In this document: positions 30,365 through 40,203 of the stretch, one piece after another | How positions within the stretch are numbered: position 1 is the first letter of the stretch | Layout: each line of letters starts with the position of its first letter | Source of the DNA: Candidatus Weimeria bifida | GTDB taxonomy: Bacteria; Bacillota; Clostridia; Lachnospirales; Lachnospiraceae | Direction of reading: 5' to 3' | Assembly (NCBI GenBank): GCA_009493715.1 | Contig: VOGC01000009.1 | Location: 57,010 to 121,009 of the forward strand | DNA: 64,000 bases | Program-made: the position numbers and the translations under genes | Notes under the pieces: generated by a model | What the model saw: only the letters and a program-made list of their open reading frames with translations | Databases searched by the model: none | Told to the model about the DNA's origin: nothing

Positions 30365-31633
30365 GTAAGGGCTTGACGCGTAGACTGCTGTGAAATGATT
30401 CTTCGTAGGATCCTTGTACTCGACTGTGATCTTCTTCACATAGCGGAGCGGGTCGATAGAAGACTTCTCGGCCTCGGTGTGCATCGCGGCCTTGAATTTA
30501 TTAATATTGTGGATCGCGTCCTTTACATCCACACCTGAGATCGAGTCATCAAGCTTGGTCTTGTCGATCTGAAGGAGTCCGTAGTCATCGGCTGTAATGC
30601 CAAGCTGGCCGAGTTCGTCTTTAAGTCCGGTGCTGACTGAGGCCATATCTTTAATCAGGCTGTCGTTTCCGTTCGTATCGGCATACTTGCGGCCGACAGC
30701 GATAAAGCTGTTGTACGAGTCGATAAGGTCAGAAACAGAATCGGCGATCATATCGGTATCTGCTTTGAAACCGACTGTAACAGGCTTTCCTGCCTCGGTC
30801 TTCTCTTTAAGATCGATGGCAAAGCGCTGATTTATCGTAAATGAATTCGAGAGTGAATGGTGCCGAGATCCGTTCAGACGAAATGAAGAATTCGAGGCTG
30901 GCTGGCTTACAGTATCGATACCTAAAGCTTTCAGGGCGTTGTAGCTGGTGCCGGAGCTTATCTTAAAGAGGCAGTCTTCGGTAGAAGAGAGTCCGGTCTG
31001 CTTCGATGTGATCACAAGAGCTGCCATCCGTCCGAAATCCTTGATGCCTGCTGTGAGGCCTGTGTCTGAATTATTTATCAGGCGCTCGATCTTCTGCTGG
31101 ACATCATAGTTCGTGTCACCGTCATTTACCGTGAACTGGAACTCGTATGAGCCGGCATTCGAATCGAGATCGAAACTGTATGAGCCGGGCTTGAACGCAG
31201 TGTCGTCCTTTATAAGGGGATTTCCCTCGTTCACCTGAGGCTTTGCGAGCTCGTCTACATCGATGGTAAAAGTCTCTGATGTGTCGACATCGTCGGACTG
31301 GCTTCCGATATAGTCAACCTTGACCTTGTCTTCATCTGAAGAATAGGCTTTCTTCTCGTTCAGGACGGACTCTATGCTCTCGGAACCGCCGCCCATATTC
31401 AAAACGACGTTCTCGAGCTTGTGCGCGTTCGCCTTCAGGTCGATCGCAAATTCGGCCATACGAGGGGTGTAGTTGATCTTGTAGACCGGAGCGTTCCGGT
31501 TGGTCATGAGCATTCTGCTGTAGACCTTCTGAAGATCGCTCTTCTTATGGTTATCATGCTCCGCGGAGGAAGTCTGATTGCCATAAGTGGACATCAGGTA
31601 GCCTAAAACCAATGTGCTGTTTATGATGGCCAT
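30335..31633 (-). CDS. FliD-like flagellar capping protein paralog
   Basis: C-terminal half resembles FliD_C (NSSFRLNG...SNSFTIN, VSDLIDSYNSF, LGITADDYGLLQIDKTKL); lacks the canonical FliD N-terminus; RBS AGGAGG. Confidence 0.65.
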   Translation of the reverse strand: MAIINSTLVLGYLMSTYGNQTSSAEHDNHKKSDLQKVYSRMLMTNRNAPVYKINYTPRMAEFAIDLKANAHKLENVVLNMGGGSESIESVLNEKKAYSSDEDKVKVDYIGSQSDDVDTSETFTIDVDELAKPQVNEGNPLIKDDTAFKPGSYSFDLDSNAGSYEFQFTVNDGDTNYDVQQKIERLINNSDTGLTAGIKDFGRMAALVITSKQTGLSSTEDCLFKISSGTSYNALKALGIDTVSQPASNSSFRLNGSRHHSLSNSFTINQRFAIDLKEKTEAGKPVTVGFKADTDMIADSVSDLIDSYNSFIAVGRKYADTNGNDSLIKDMASVSTGLKDELGQLGITADDYGLLQIDKTKLDDSISGVDVKDAIHNINKFKAAMHTEAEKSSIDPLRYVKKITVEYKDPTKNHFTAVYASSPYSGLLIDEKL

Positions 31634-31821
31634 AGCACTTCCTCCTTTCTTCCTTGAAATTATACTGCCAGTTTCCGAATCCCTTTCGAAAATAATAATC
31701 TGACAATATGAAAATGCCGGTCAATTTGAATGACATCTGTATCTCCCTATAGAAATACAACCCTATACTATCACAAATACTAAAAAAAATAAAGAAAATC
31801 GTGAAGATAATGTGAAAAAAC

Positions 31822-31850
31822 TTGACAGAATACCTTCTGCATGGTAATAT
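31822..31850 (+). promoter_or_regulatory. Sigma-A promoter of rpmG-secE-nusG-rplKA
   Basis: TTGACA-N17-TAATAT with an extended -10 TG. Confidence 0.7.
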
Positions 31851-31962
31851 TGTTCCCGTGACGGAAGGCAGGGCCTTATTTTTTTGTGCAAAATTAGCGG
31901 AATGCACGAACGAAGAAAGCCCTAACAAACACAACAAATACATTGATTTGGAGGTGGAAGTT

Positions 31963-32112
31963 GTGCGTACAAAAATAACACTTGCCTGCACAGAATGTCA
32001 GCACAGGAACTACAACCTGACAAAAGACAAGAAGACTCATCCAGAGAGAATGGAAACCAAGAAGTACTGCCCATTCTGCAGAAAACACACTTTACACAAA
32101 GAGACTAAGTAA
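31963..32112 (+). CDS. rpmG: 50S ribosomal protein L33 (Zn-binding C+ form)
   Basis: GTG start after [17 protein letters not shown]...[17 protein letters not shown]. Confidence 0.97.
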   Translation: MRTKITLACTECQHRNYNLTKDKKTHPERMETKKYCPFCRKHTLHKETK

Positions 32113-32124
32113 AGGGGCGTTTCT

Positions 32125-32331
32125 ATGGCAGAGACAAAGAAAAAGCGCAAGCGCATTTCCGAATGGTGGGATGGCGTTAAAGCCGAGTTCGGAAAGATAG
32201 TTTGGGCTGACAGAAAGACCGTGGGCCGCCAGACGGTAGCTGTGGTCATTATTTCTGTGGTACTCGCACTGCTTATCGTATTTTTCGATATGATAATCAG
32301 ATACGGGTTGGACAAACTGATTAAGCTCTGA
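32125..32331 (+). CDS. secE: Preprotein translocase subunit SecE
   Basis: AEFGKIVW motif plus a single TM helix; between rpmG and nusG. Confidence 0.93.
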   Translation: MAETKKKRKRISEWWDGVKAEFGKIVWADRKTVGRQTVAVVIISVVLALLIVFFDMIIRYGLDKLIKL

Positions 32332-32347
32332 TGGAGGAGATGCGTTA

Positions 32348-33019
32348 ATGGCAGAGACAGAGACACAGAATCCGGCACAGGATCAGGATGTAGAACAGGT
32401 TGCAGCGAATCAGCCGACAGATCCGGATGTAGAGAAAGTTACGGCGGATCTGGAAGAGGATTCACAGAGCCAGGTACATGACTCAGAAGAGGACTCTGAT
32501 GAGAGTCCGGCAAAGTGGTATGTGGCCCATACCTATTCAGGTTATGAGAACAAAGTAAAGACCACTATTGAGGAAACGGTGGCAAACCGCCATCTCGAGG
32601 ATCAGATCCTCGAAGTTATGGTCCCGACTGAAGAGGTCTCAGAATTAAAGAACGGCAGAAAGCGTCAGGTTCAGAAGAAGCTGTTTCCGGGCTATGTTAT
32701 GATCAGAATGATCATGAACGACGATACCTGGTATATCGTCAGGAACACCCGTGGAGTCACAGGATTTGTAGGACCTGGAAGCAAGCCGGTACCTCTTACA
32801 GAATATGACATGAGAAACCTTGGCATTAAGACTAAGGTCAGAACTGATGTCGATTTTGCCGAAGGAGATACAGTTTCTGTTATCGGAGGCATCTGGAAGG
32901 ATACTACCGGAGTCATTACAGCTCTTAATCCAAGCAAGCAGACGGTTACTATCTCGGTTGAGATGTTCGGGCGCGAAACCCCTGTAGAGATTGGTTTCGC
33001 GGATGTTAAGAAGATCTGA
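32348..33019 (+). CDS. nusG: Transcription elongation factor NusG with an acidic N-terminal extension
   Basis: WYVAHTYSGYENKV, KLFPGYV, RNTRGVTGFVG and MFGRETPVE. Confidence 0.96.
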   Translation: MAETETQNPAQDQDVEQVAANQPTDPDVEKVTADLEEDSQSQVHDSEEDSDESPAKWYVAHTYSGYENKVKTTIEETVANRHLEDQILEVMVPTEEVSELKNGRKRQVQKKLFPGYVMIRMIMNDDTWYIVRNTRGVTGFVGPGSKPVPLTEYDMRNLGIKTKVRTDVDFAEGDTVSVIGGIWKDTTGVITALNPSKQTVTISVEMFGRETPVEIGFADVKKI

Positions 33020-33049
33020 TAAGCGTCAGATCGCGGAAGGAGAATTAAA

Positions 33050-33475
33050 GTGGCAAAGAAGATCGAAGGTTATATCAAACTTCAGATTCAGGCCGGAAAA
33101 GCTACACCGGCTCCACCAGTTGGCCCGGCACTTGGTCAGCATGGTGTAAACATCGTAGAATTCACGAAGCAGTTCAACGCAAAGACAGCTGATATGGGCG
33201 ACACTGTCGTTCCTACTATCATCACTGTCTATGCAGACAGAAGCTTCTCATTCATCACAAAGACTCCGCCAGCAGCTGTTCTTATTAAGAAGGCAGCAAA
33301 GATTGACAAAGCTTCAGGCGAGCCAAACAAGAAGAAAGTTGCAAAGATTACAAAGGCTCAGGTCAAGGAAATCGCCGAGACCAAGATGCCAGACTTAAAT
33401 GCCGCAACGATCGAGTCCGCTATCTCGATGGTCGAGGGTACTGCCCGTTCAATGGGTGTTGAAGTCGTAGATTGA
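33050..33475 (+). CDS. rplK: 50S ribosomal protein L11
   Basis: [18 protein letters not shown]. Confidence 0.99.
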   Translation: MAKKIEGYIKLQIQAGKATPAPPVGPALGQHGVNIVEFTKQFNAKTADMGDTVVPTIITVYADRSFSFITKTPPAAVLIKKAAKIDKASGEPNKKKVAKITKAQVKEIAETKMPDLNAATIESAISMVEGTARSMGVEVVD

Positions 33476-33484
33476 TCTTAAATT

Positions 33485-33515
33485 GTGGGAGGGAACCTCT
33501 TCCCATACAGACCAC
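33485..33515 (+). promoter_or_regulatory. Putative L1-binding autoregulatory site before rplA
   Basis: GTGGGAGG...ACCAC bracket around a small hairpin directly before the rplA RBS, resembling L1 mRNA targets. Confidence 0.5.
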
Positions 33516-33532
33516 AGGAGGAATTTTTCATC

Positions 33533-34228
33533 ATGAAAAGAGGAAAAAAGTATCAGGACGCATTAAAGTCCTTCGATAAATCAAAGCAGTACGATCCAGC
33601 AGAAGCTGTTGCGATCGTTAAGAAAAATGCCACTGCTAAGTTCGACGAGACTATCGAAGTTCACATCCGTACAGGATGCGATGGCCGTCATGCTGATCAG
33701 CAGATCCGTGGCGCTGTAGTTCTTCCTCATGGTACAGGAAAGACTGTACGTGTCCTTGTATTCGCCAAGGGTGCAAAGGCTGATGAGGCAAAGGCCGCAG
33801 GAGCTGATTACGTTGGAGCTGAGGAGCTTATTCCGAAGATCCAGAATGACGGATGGCTTGATTTCGATGTTGTAGTAGCTACACCGGATATGATGAGCGT
33901 TGTTGGACGTCTTGGACGTGTCCTTGGACCTAAGGGATTAATGCCAAACCCTAAGGCTGGAACAGTCACGATGGATGTCACAAAGGCTATCAACGATATT
34001 AAAGCCGGTAAGATCGAGTATCGTCTGGACAAAGCAAATATTATCCATGTACCAGTAGGAAAGGCTTCATTCAGTGAGGCTGATCTTGCTGACAACTTCC
34101 AGTCGCTTATGGATGCTATTGTCAAGGCTCGTCCGAGCACACTCAAGGGTACATACCTTAAGAACATCACCCTGACCTCTACCATGGGTCCTGGTGTCCG
34201 TGTAAATGCCGCATCATTCGGCCTTTAA
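33533..34228 (+). CDS. rplA: 50S ribosomal protein L1
   Basis: [15 protein letters not shown] and [11 protein letters not shown]. Confidence 0.99.
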   Translation: MKRGKKYQDALKSFDKSKQYDPAEAVAIVKKNATAKFDETIEVHIRTGCDGRHADQQIRGAVVLPHGTGKTVRVLVFAKGAKADEAKAAGADYVGAEELIPKIQNDGWLDFDVVVATPDMMSVVGRLGRVLGPKGLMPNPKAGTVTMDVTKAINDIKAGKIEYRLDKANIIHVPVGKASFSEADLADNFQSLMDAIVKARPSTLKGTYLKNITLTSTMGPGVRVNAASFGL

Positions 34229-34236
34229 TTTCACCC

Positions 34237-34265
34237 TTGACAAATGCATCTGATAGATGTATATT
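34237..34265 (+). promoter_or_regulatory. Sigma-A promoter of rplJL
   Basis: TTGACA-N17-TATATT. Confidence 0.7.
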
Positions 34266-34274
34266 AATAAAGCT

Positions 34275-34384
34275 TGCCATAGACAGCAGGTGCTCCATGG
34301 AGCGCAACGCGTAAGCTACCTGCCGAGGTAATGATTATTCAAGAGATCATTATGAATCCTGTGGCGCGTCCACAGGATTTTTTA
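34275..34384 (+). ncRNA. L10 leader with attenuator
   Basis: AGACAGCAGG...CCTGCCGAGG conserved pairing, then terminator aatcctgtgg-cgcgt-ccacaggatt plus T tract upstream of rplJ. Confidence 0.8.
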
Positions 34385-34424
34385 TTGCAAGCTGCAGTAC
34401 TATACTAACAGGAGGTAAAGTAAA

Positions 34425-34970
34425 TTGGCTAAAGTCGAATTAAAACAGCCTATCGTAGACGAGATCTCAGAGCAGATCAAGGATGCACAGTCTGTTGTCG
34501 TCGTTGACTACCGTGGCCTTACTGTTGCCCAGGATACGGCTCTGCGTAAGCAGCTCCGTGAAGCTGGCTGCACTTACAAGGTTTACAAGAACACGATGAT
34601 GAAGCGTGCATTCGCAGGTACTGACTGTGAGAAGCTTTCCGATGTTCTGGAAGGCACGAACGCCATCGCTATTTCAAAGGATGACGCTACAGCTCCAGCA
34701 CGTATCATTGCAAAGGCAGCAAAGGATGCACCTGCACTCGAGATCAAGGCTGGTGTTGTAGAGGGCAACTTCTATGACGCTGATGGTATGAAGACTATCT
34801 CTTCTATCCCTTCAAGAGACGAGCTCCTTTCACGTCTTCTTGGTTCTCTGCAGAGCCCTATCGCAAACTTCGCGAGAGTGCTTAAGCAGATCGCTGATAA
34901 GGGTGGCGCTGATGAAGCTGCACCAGCAGAAGAGGCAGCTCCAGCCGCTGAAGAAACACCAGCAGAGTAA
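34425..34970 (+). CDS. rplJ: 50S ribosomal protein L10
   Basis: TTG start after GGAGG; VVDYRGLTV, VYKNT and LLGSLQSP. Confidence 0.98.
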   Translation: MAKVELKQPIVDEISEQIKDAQSVVVVDYRGLTVAQDTALRKQLREAGCTYKVYKNTMMKRAFAGTDCEKLSDVLEGTNAIAISKDDATAPARIIAKAAKDAPALEIKAGVVEGNFYDADGMKTISSIPSRDELLSRLLGSLQSPIANFARVLKQIADKGGADEAAPAEEAAPAAEETPAE

Positions 34971-35070
34971 TTAAAGTAATCAAAAAGTATGATATCGGCA
35001 CCGCCGGTCATACAAACGGTTATCGAAAGAAGTGTGCTCGGCGCAGCCGGACATACGAACAGAGATTGAT

Positions 35071-35179
35071 TTATGAACGCCTTAGAGAGTAGATGTCGAC
35101 GGGCGCGACGACTGTGTGTGCTCGCGCGCTAAATGCGCCAGCGAGCGCACCAGTCGGAATTAGCCCGTCGACTTCATAA
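35071..35179. other. Long imperfect stem-loop in the rplJ-rplL spacer
   Basis: GTCGACGGGC (35095-35104) and GCCCGTCGAC (35163-35172) form a perfect IR with nested stems; outer TTATGAA/TTCATAA pair. Confidence 0.75.
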
Positions 35180-35218
35180 CTAAAGCGCTCACCTACAAAT
35201 TTTTCGGAGGAAAAACAA

Positions 35219-35596
35219 ATGGCAAAGATGACTACAGATGAATTTATAGCAGCAATCAAAGAGCTTTCAGTTCTTGAGTTAAATGACCTTGTAAAGGCTT
35301 GCGAGGAAGAGTTCGGCGTATCAGCATCAGCAGGTGTTGTAGTAGCAGCAGGCGGTGCAGCAGGCGGCGCTGAGGCTGAGGAGAAGGACAGCTACGATGT
35401 AGAGCTTACTGAGGTAGGCGCTTCTAAGATCAAGGTTATCAAGGTTGTTCGTGAGGCTACTGGACTTGGACTCAAGGATGCCAAGGATCTCGTTGATGGC
35501 GCTCCTAAGGTTATCAAAGAGGGTGCTGACAAGGCTACAGCTGAGGACCTCAAGAAGAAGCTTGAGGAAGTTGGCGCTAAGATCACTCTTAAATAA
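35219..35596 (+). CDS. rplL: 50S ribosomal protein L7/L12
   Basis: [21 protein letters not shown] and KIKVIKVVR...GLKDAKDLV. Confidence 0.99.
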   Translation: MAKMTTDEFIAAIKELSVLELNDLVKACEEEFGVSASAGVVVAAGGAAGGAEAEEKDSYDVELTEVGASKIKVIKVVREATGLGLKDAKDLVDGAPKVIKEGADKATAEDLKKKLEEVGAKITLK

Positions 35597-35622
35597 TCCA
35601 ACCATTATTTCAGACTTTACCG

Positions 35623-35654
35623 GCACGGGTGCATATCGCACCCGTGCTTTTTTT
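35623..35654 (+). terminator. Intrinsic terminator after rplL
   Basis: gcacgggtgc-atatc-gcacccgtgc followed by a T run. Confidence 0.9.
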
Positions 35655-35663
35655 TCGCGTTAC

Positions 35664-36047
35664 AAATGAGCGGTGCTGAAATATCGTATCGATGCCGGCG
35701 GACGCTTGCGTACGCAAAGGCAATCGATACGATATTTCAATAGCGCGAACGCGCGAATGAGCAGCCGCGAAGCGGGTGCGAATTGCACCGCTCATTTGTC
35801 CATAGCGCGAACGCGCGAATGAGCAGCCGCGAAGCGGGTGCGAATTGCACCGCTCATTTGTCCATAGCGCGAACGCGCGAATGAGCATGGAGCGGTTGTT
35901 ATGCTGCCGCGAGCCTGAAGGGTGAAGCGGGAGCATTATAAACCGCCCATGCGATAGCCGTCCGCGATTGGCGAGCCCGAAGGGCGAAGACAGAGCGGAA
36001 ACGGCGAACCGCTGGAGCGAAGCGGGTGCGAACAGCACCGCTCATTT
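35664..36047. repeat. Palindromic repeat element: 15-bp terminal IR, 17-bp internal IR and 2.4 tandem copies of a 62-bp unit
   Basis: TIR AAATGAGCGGTGCTG/CAGCACCGCTCATTT; IR 35677-35693/35723-35739; 62-bp units at 35741-35802 and 35803-35864, partial copy 35865-35887, variant 36017-36047. Confidence 0.9.
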
Positions 36048-36076
36048 ATTAGCTTTCAATTAAAAATAATAAACTC

Positions 36077-36106
36077 TTGACATTTGCTCTTGACTTGTGC
36101 TATAGT
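36077..36106 (+). promoter_or_regulatory. Sigma-A promoter of rpoBC
   Basis: TTGACA-N18-TATAGT with an extended -10 TG. Confidence 0.6.
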
Positions 36107-36210
36107 ATAGCGTGCTTTTACCATGGGCACAGATTACGGGATTTTTGTGCGCATTTTGGCCTGTGGAAGACCGCAGTTTAAGTATATTTTTATCGAAAGG
36201 TGAGCTTTAA

Positions 36211-39200
36211 ATGGAGAAAAACAGAATACGTCCTGTTAAATCCGGCAAGGGCATACGAATGAGCTACGCCAGGCAGAAGGAAGTACTGAAGATGCCGAAC
36301 TTCATCGAAGTACAGAAGAAGTCATTTCAGTGGTTTCTTGACGAAGGCCTGAAGGAAGCATTCGATGATATCAACCCTATCACGGATTTCAGTGATCATC
36401 TGAGTCTTGAGTTTGTCGATTTCCAACTCATGAGAGACAAAGCAAAGTACACCATCCCAGAGTGCAAGGAGAGGGACGCTACATATGCAGCACCTCTTCA
36501 GGTGAAAGTCCGTCTTTACAATAAAGAGACAGACGAGATGCAGGAGCATGAGATCTTCATGGGAGACCTGCCTCTTATGACTGAGACTGGTACTTTTGTT
36601 ATAAACGGAGCAGAGCGTGTTATCGTAAGCCAGCTTGTCCGTTCTCCGGGAATTTATTATGGTATCGACCATGATAAGATTGGAAAGAAACTCTATTCAT
36701 GCACTGTTATTCCTAACCGTGGTGCATGGCTTGAATACGAGACTGATTCCAATGACGTATTTTATGTTCGTGTAGACCGTACGAGAAAAGTACCGGTTAC
36801 CGTACTTCTCCGTGCTCTCGGTCTTGGCACCAACCAGCAGATCCTCGATGTATTTGGCGATGAGCCGAAAATCAAGGCAAGCTTCGAGAAGGACCCGTGC
36901 CTTGAGGGAGAGAATGCTCAGGGCAGCCACGAGAAGGGCCTGATCGAACTCTATAAGAAGATCCGCCCGGGCGAGCCTATCACTCCTGAGAATGCAGAGG
37001 GACTCATCACATCGATGTTCTTCGACCCTAGGAGATACGATCTTGCCAAGGTCGGCAGATATAAGTTTAATAAGAAGCTTGCATTCCGCGCCAGGATTAC
37101 AAACCAGATTCTTGCAGAGGATGTTGTAAACGAATCTACAGGAGAGGTTATAGCTGAAGCCGGAACGAAAGTTACCAGAGATATTGCAGACGAGATCCAG
37201 AACGCTGCTGTTCCTTTTGTCATGATCCAGACCGAGGAGAGAAACGAGAAGGTTCTGTCGAATATGATGGTAGACCTCAAGGCCTATGTTGACTTTGATC
37301 CTCTGAAGGAAGTCGGTATCAAGGAGAAGGTTTACTATCCTGTACTCAAAACTATCCTCGATGAGTGCGGCGATGACGAGGAGGCTTTAAAGGAAGCTCT
37401 TATAAGAGATAAGAACGACCTCGTCCCGAAGCATATCACCAGAGAAGATATTTTTGCATCTATTAATTACAACATGCATCTTGAGTGGGGAATCGGTAAT
37501 AAAGATGATATCGATCACCTCGGCAACCGTCGTGTACGTGCAGTCGGAGAGCTTCTCCAGAACCAGTACAGAATCGGACTTTCACGTCTCGAGAGAGTTG
37601 TACGCGAGAGGATGTCGACTACTGATGCAGCTGAGATCCAGCCTCAGAAGCTTATAAATATAAAGCCGGTTACAGCAGCAGTCAAGGAGTTCTTCGGTTC
37701 ATCACAGCTGTCACAGTTCATGGACCAGAACAACCCGTTGTCAGAGCTTACACATAAGAGACGTCTGTCAGCCCTTGGACCTGGAGGTCTTTCGAGAGAC
37801 CGTGCAGGATTCGAGGTACGTGATGTCCACTACACTCATTACGGCCGTATGTGTCCTATCGAGACACCTGAAGGTCCTAACATCGGACTTATCAACTCTC
37901 TGGCAAGTTACGCCAGAATCAATGAGTACGGCTTTATCGAAGCTCCTTACCGTAAGATCGATAAGAGCGATCCTAAGAATCCGCGTGTCACGAACGATGT
38001 TGTTTACATGACAGCAGATGAAGAGGACAATTATCATATAGCACAGGCTAACGAGAAACTCGACGATGAGGGCCACTTCGTAAGACAGATGGTTTCCGGA
38101 CGTTTCAGAGAAGAGACACAGGAGTACGATAAGTCCCTGTTCGACTACATGGACGTATCTCCACGTATGGTCTTCTCGGTTGCTACGTCACTGATCCCGT
38201 TCCTTCAGAACGATGATGCTAACCGTGCGCTGATGGGCTCCAACATGCAGCGTCAGGCCGTACCTCTTCTCACTACCGAGGCTCCGGTCATCGGAACCGC
38301 TATGGAAGAGAGAGCTGCCCGCGATTCAGGAGACTGCGTTATTGCAAAGCACTCTGGAACTGTAGAGAAGTCAGAGTCTACGAGGATTGTTGTCCGCACA
38401 GACGAGGGAGCAAGAGACGAGTACGTTCTGATCAAGTTCGAGAGATCGAACCAGTCGAACTGCTACAACCAGCGCCCTATCGTTTTCAAGGGTGACCATG
38501 TAGAGAAGGGTGAGGTTATTGCCGATGGACCTTCTACCTGCAATGGTGAGCTTTCATTAGGTAAGAACCCGCTGATCGGATTCATGACCTGGGAAGGCTA
38601 CAACTACGAGGACGCTGTACTTCTTTCAGAGAGACTTGTCAGAGACGATGTATTTACTTCTATTCATATGGAGGAATTTGACATCGAAGCCCGTGAGACA
38701 AAGCTCGGACCTGAAGAGATCACTAAGGAAGTACCGGGAGTTGGTGCAGATGCCTTGAAGGATCTGGATTCAGACGGTGTCATCCGTATCGGAGCAGAGG
38801 TCAGGGATGGAGATATCCTCGTTGGAAAAGTTACTCCTAAGGGAGAGACAGAGCTTACGGCAGAGGAGAGACTCCTCCGTGCCATCTTTGGTGAGAAAGC
38901 CAGAGAGGTCCGTGATACATCACTTCGAGTACCTCACGGATACTACGGTATTGTAGTAGCAGCCAAGACATTTACAAGAGAAAACGACGACCTGGCACCT
39001 GGTGTCAACAAGTCGGTACGTATATATATTGCTCAGAAGAGAAAGATCGGCGTCGGTGATAAGATGGCTGGTCGTCACGGAAACAAAGGTGTTGTTTCAC
39101 GTGTACTTCCTATCGAAGATATGCCATATCTTCCTAATGGCCGTCCACTCGATATCTGCTTGAGCCCTATGGGCGTGCCTTCACGTATGAATATCGGACA

Positions 39201-40188
39201 GGTGCTTGAGATCCACCTTTCACTTGCTGCAAAGGTTTTGGGATTCAACATTGAGACACCTATCTTCGATGGCGCAGACGAGAAGGACATCAGAGAATCC
39301 TTAAGGATGGCAAACGACTATGCGAGGATCGACCTTACCGGAAAGGATAAGGAGAGAGGCTTCACAAACGATGCCGGCCAGGAATCTATTTCGTGGGATG
39401 AGTTCAGGGACATGTACAAGGACAAAGTCAGCGAAGATGTCATGAACTATCTGTATGAGCACAGAGAGCATACGAAGCTCTGGCATGGAGTTTCTATCGG
39501 AGAAGATGGTAAGGTACAGGTTCGCGATGGAAGAACAGGAAAGGCCTTCCCTTCTAAGGTTACTGTAGGACACATGCACTACCTGAAGCTCCATCACCTT
39601 GTAGACGACAAGATTCATGCCCGTTCTACTGGTCCGTACTCACTCGTTACGCAGCAGCCTCTCGGTGGTAAAGCACAGTTCGGCGGACAGCGTTTCGGAG
39701 AGATGGAGGTTTGGGCTCTTGAAGCTTATGGCGCAGCCTATACACTTCAGGAGATCCTGACCATGAAGTCGGATGATGTTGTCGGCCGTGTCAAGACCTA
39801 TGAGGCTATCATTAAGGGCCAGAACATTCCTACGCCAGGCATCCCTGAGTCATTCAAGGTAATGCTGAAGGAACTCCAGGCACTCTGCCTCGACGTCAAG
39901 GTCCTCGATGAGAGTGGCGACGAAGTGAAACTTCTGGAGTCACAGGATTACGGAAATACGAACATCAATAAGCTGATCTCAGATGACAGCAGAGACTACG
40001 CTTTCGAGAAGAAAGAGAACTTTGAGAAGCATGGTTTCATTCATCAGGAGGTCAATGATGATACAGGTGAGTTCGAGAATGTACCGTCAGGTGACTCCGA
40101 TAATTTAGACGAGGATGACGGCGATTATGAGCTCGATCCACAGAAACTTGCATCAGAGCTTACAGATATGTCAGATGACGACGAGTAA
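36211..40188 (+). CDS. rpoB: RNA polymerase beta subunit
   Basis: [33 protein letters not shown] (wild-type Rif region), [12 protein letters not shown] and [14 protein letters not shown]. Confidence 0.99.
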   Translation: MEKNRIRPVKSGKGIRMSYARQKEVLKMPNFIEVQKKSFQWFLDEGLKEAFDDINPITDFSDHLSLEFVDFQLMRDKAKYTIPECKERDATYAAPLQVKVRLYNKETDEMQEHEIFMGDLPLMTETGTFVINGAERVIVSQLVRSPGIYYGIDHDKIGKKLYSCTVIPNRGAWLEYETDSNDVFYVRVDRTRKVPVTVLLRALGLGTNQQILDVFGDEPKIKASFEKDPCLEGENAQGSHEKGLIELYKKIRPGEPITPENAEGLITSMFFDPRRYDLAKVGRYKFNKKLAFRARITNQILAEDVVNESTGEVIAEAGTKVTRDIADEIQNAAVPFVMIQTEERNEKVLSNMMVDLKAYVDFDPLKEVGIKEKVYYPVLKTILDECGDDEEALKEALIRDKNDLVPKHITREDIFASINYNMHLEWGIGNKDDIDHLGNRRVRAVGELLQNQYRIGLSRLERVVRERMSTTDAAEIQPQKLINIKPVTAAVKEFFGSSQLSQFMDQNNPLSELTHKRRLSALGPGGLSRDRAGFEVRDVHYTHYGRMCPIETPEGPNIGLINSLASYARINEYGFIEAPYRKIDKSDPKNPRVTNDVVYMTADEEDNYHIAQANEKLDDEGHFVRQMVSGRFREETQEYDKSLFDYMDVSPRMVFSVATSLIPFLQNDDANRALMGSNMQRQAVPLLTTEAPVIGTAMEERAARDSGDCVIAKHSGTVEKSESTRIVVRTDEGARDEYVLIKFERSNQSNCYNQRPIVFKGDHVEKGEVIADGPSTCNGELSLGKNPLIGFMTWEGYNYEDAVLLSERLVRDDVFTSIHMEEFDIEARETKLGPEEITKEVPGVGADALKDLDSDGVIRIGAEVRDGDILVGKVTPKGETELTAEERLLRAIFGEKAREVRDTSLRVPHGYYGIVVAAKTFTRENDDLAPGVNKSVRIYIAQKRKIGVGDKMAGRHGNKGVVSRVLPIEDMPYLPNGRPLDICLSPMGVPSRMNIGQVLEIHLSLAAKVLGFNIETPIFDGADEKDIRESLRMANDYARIDLTGKDKERGFTNDAGQESISWDEFRDMYKDKVSEDVMNYLYEHREHTKLWHGVSIGEDGKVQVRDGRTGKAFPSKVTVGHMHYLKLHHLVDDKIHARSTGPYSLVTQQPLGGKAQFGGQRFGEMEVWALEAYGAAYTLQEILTMKSDDVVGRVKTYEAIIKGQNIPTPGIPESFKVMLKELQALCLDVKVLDESGDEVKLLESQDYGNTNINKLISDDSRDYAFEKKENFEKHGFIHQEVNDDTGEFENVPSGDSDNLDEDDGDYELDPQKLASELTDMSDDDE

Positions 40189-40203
40189 CGGAAGGAGAAA
40201 TTG

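Noticed and set aside
31822-31962. N-terminal extension of the rpmG ORF in the ORF track
   Set aside because: It overlaps the promoter; the real start is GTG at 31963 after GGAGG.
35741-35887. 62-bp tandem repeats considered as a CRISPR array
   Set aside because: The units are directly adjacent with no unique spacers, are too long for CRISPR repeats, and no cas genes are nearby.
35610-36038. 142-aa minus-strand ORF across the palindromic element
   Set aside because: GC-rich repeat read-through with internal repetition and no RBS or domain.
39960-40188. Long acidic C-terminal tails on RpoB (and RpoC)
   Set aside because: Acidic low-complexity tails are usual in this group of Firmicutes.
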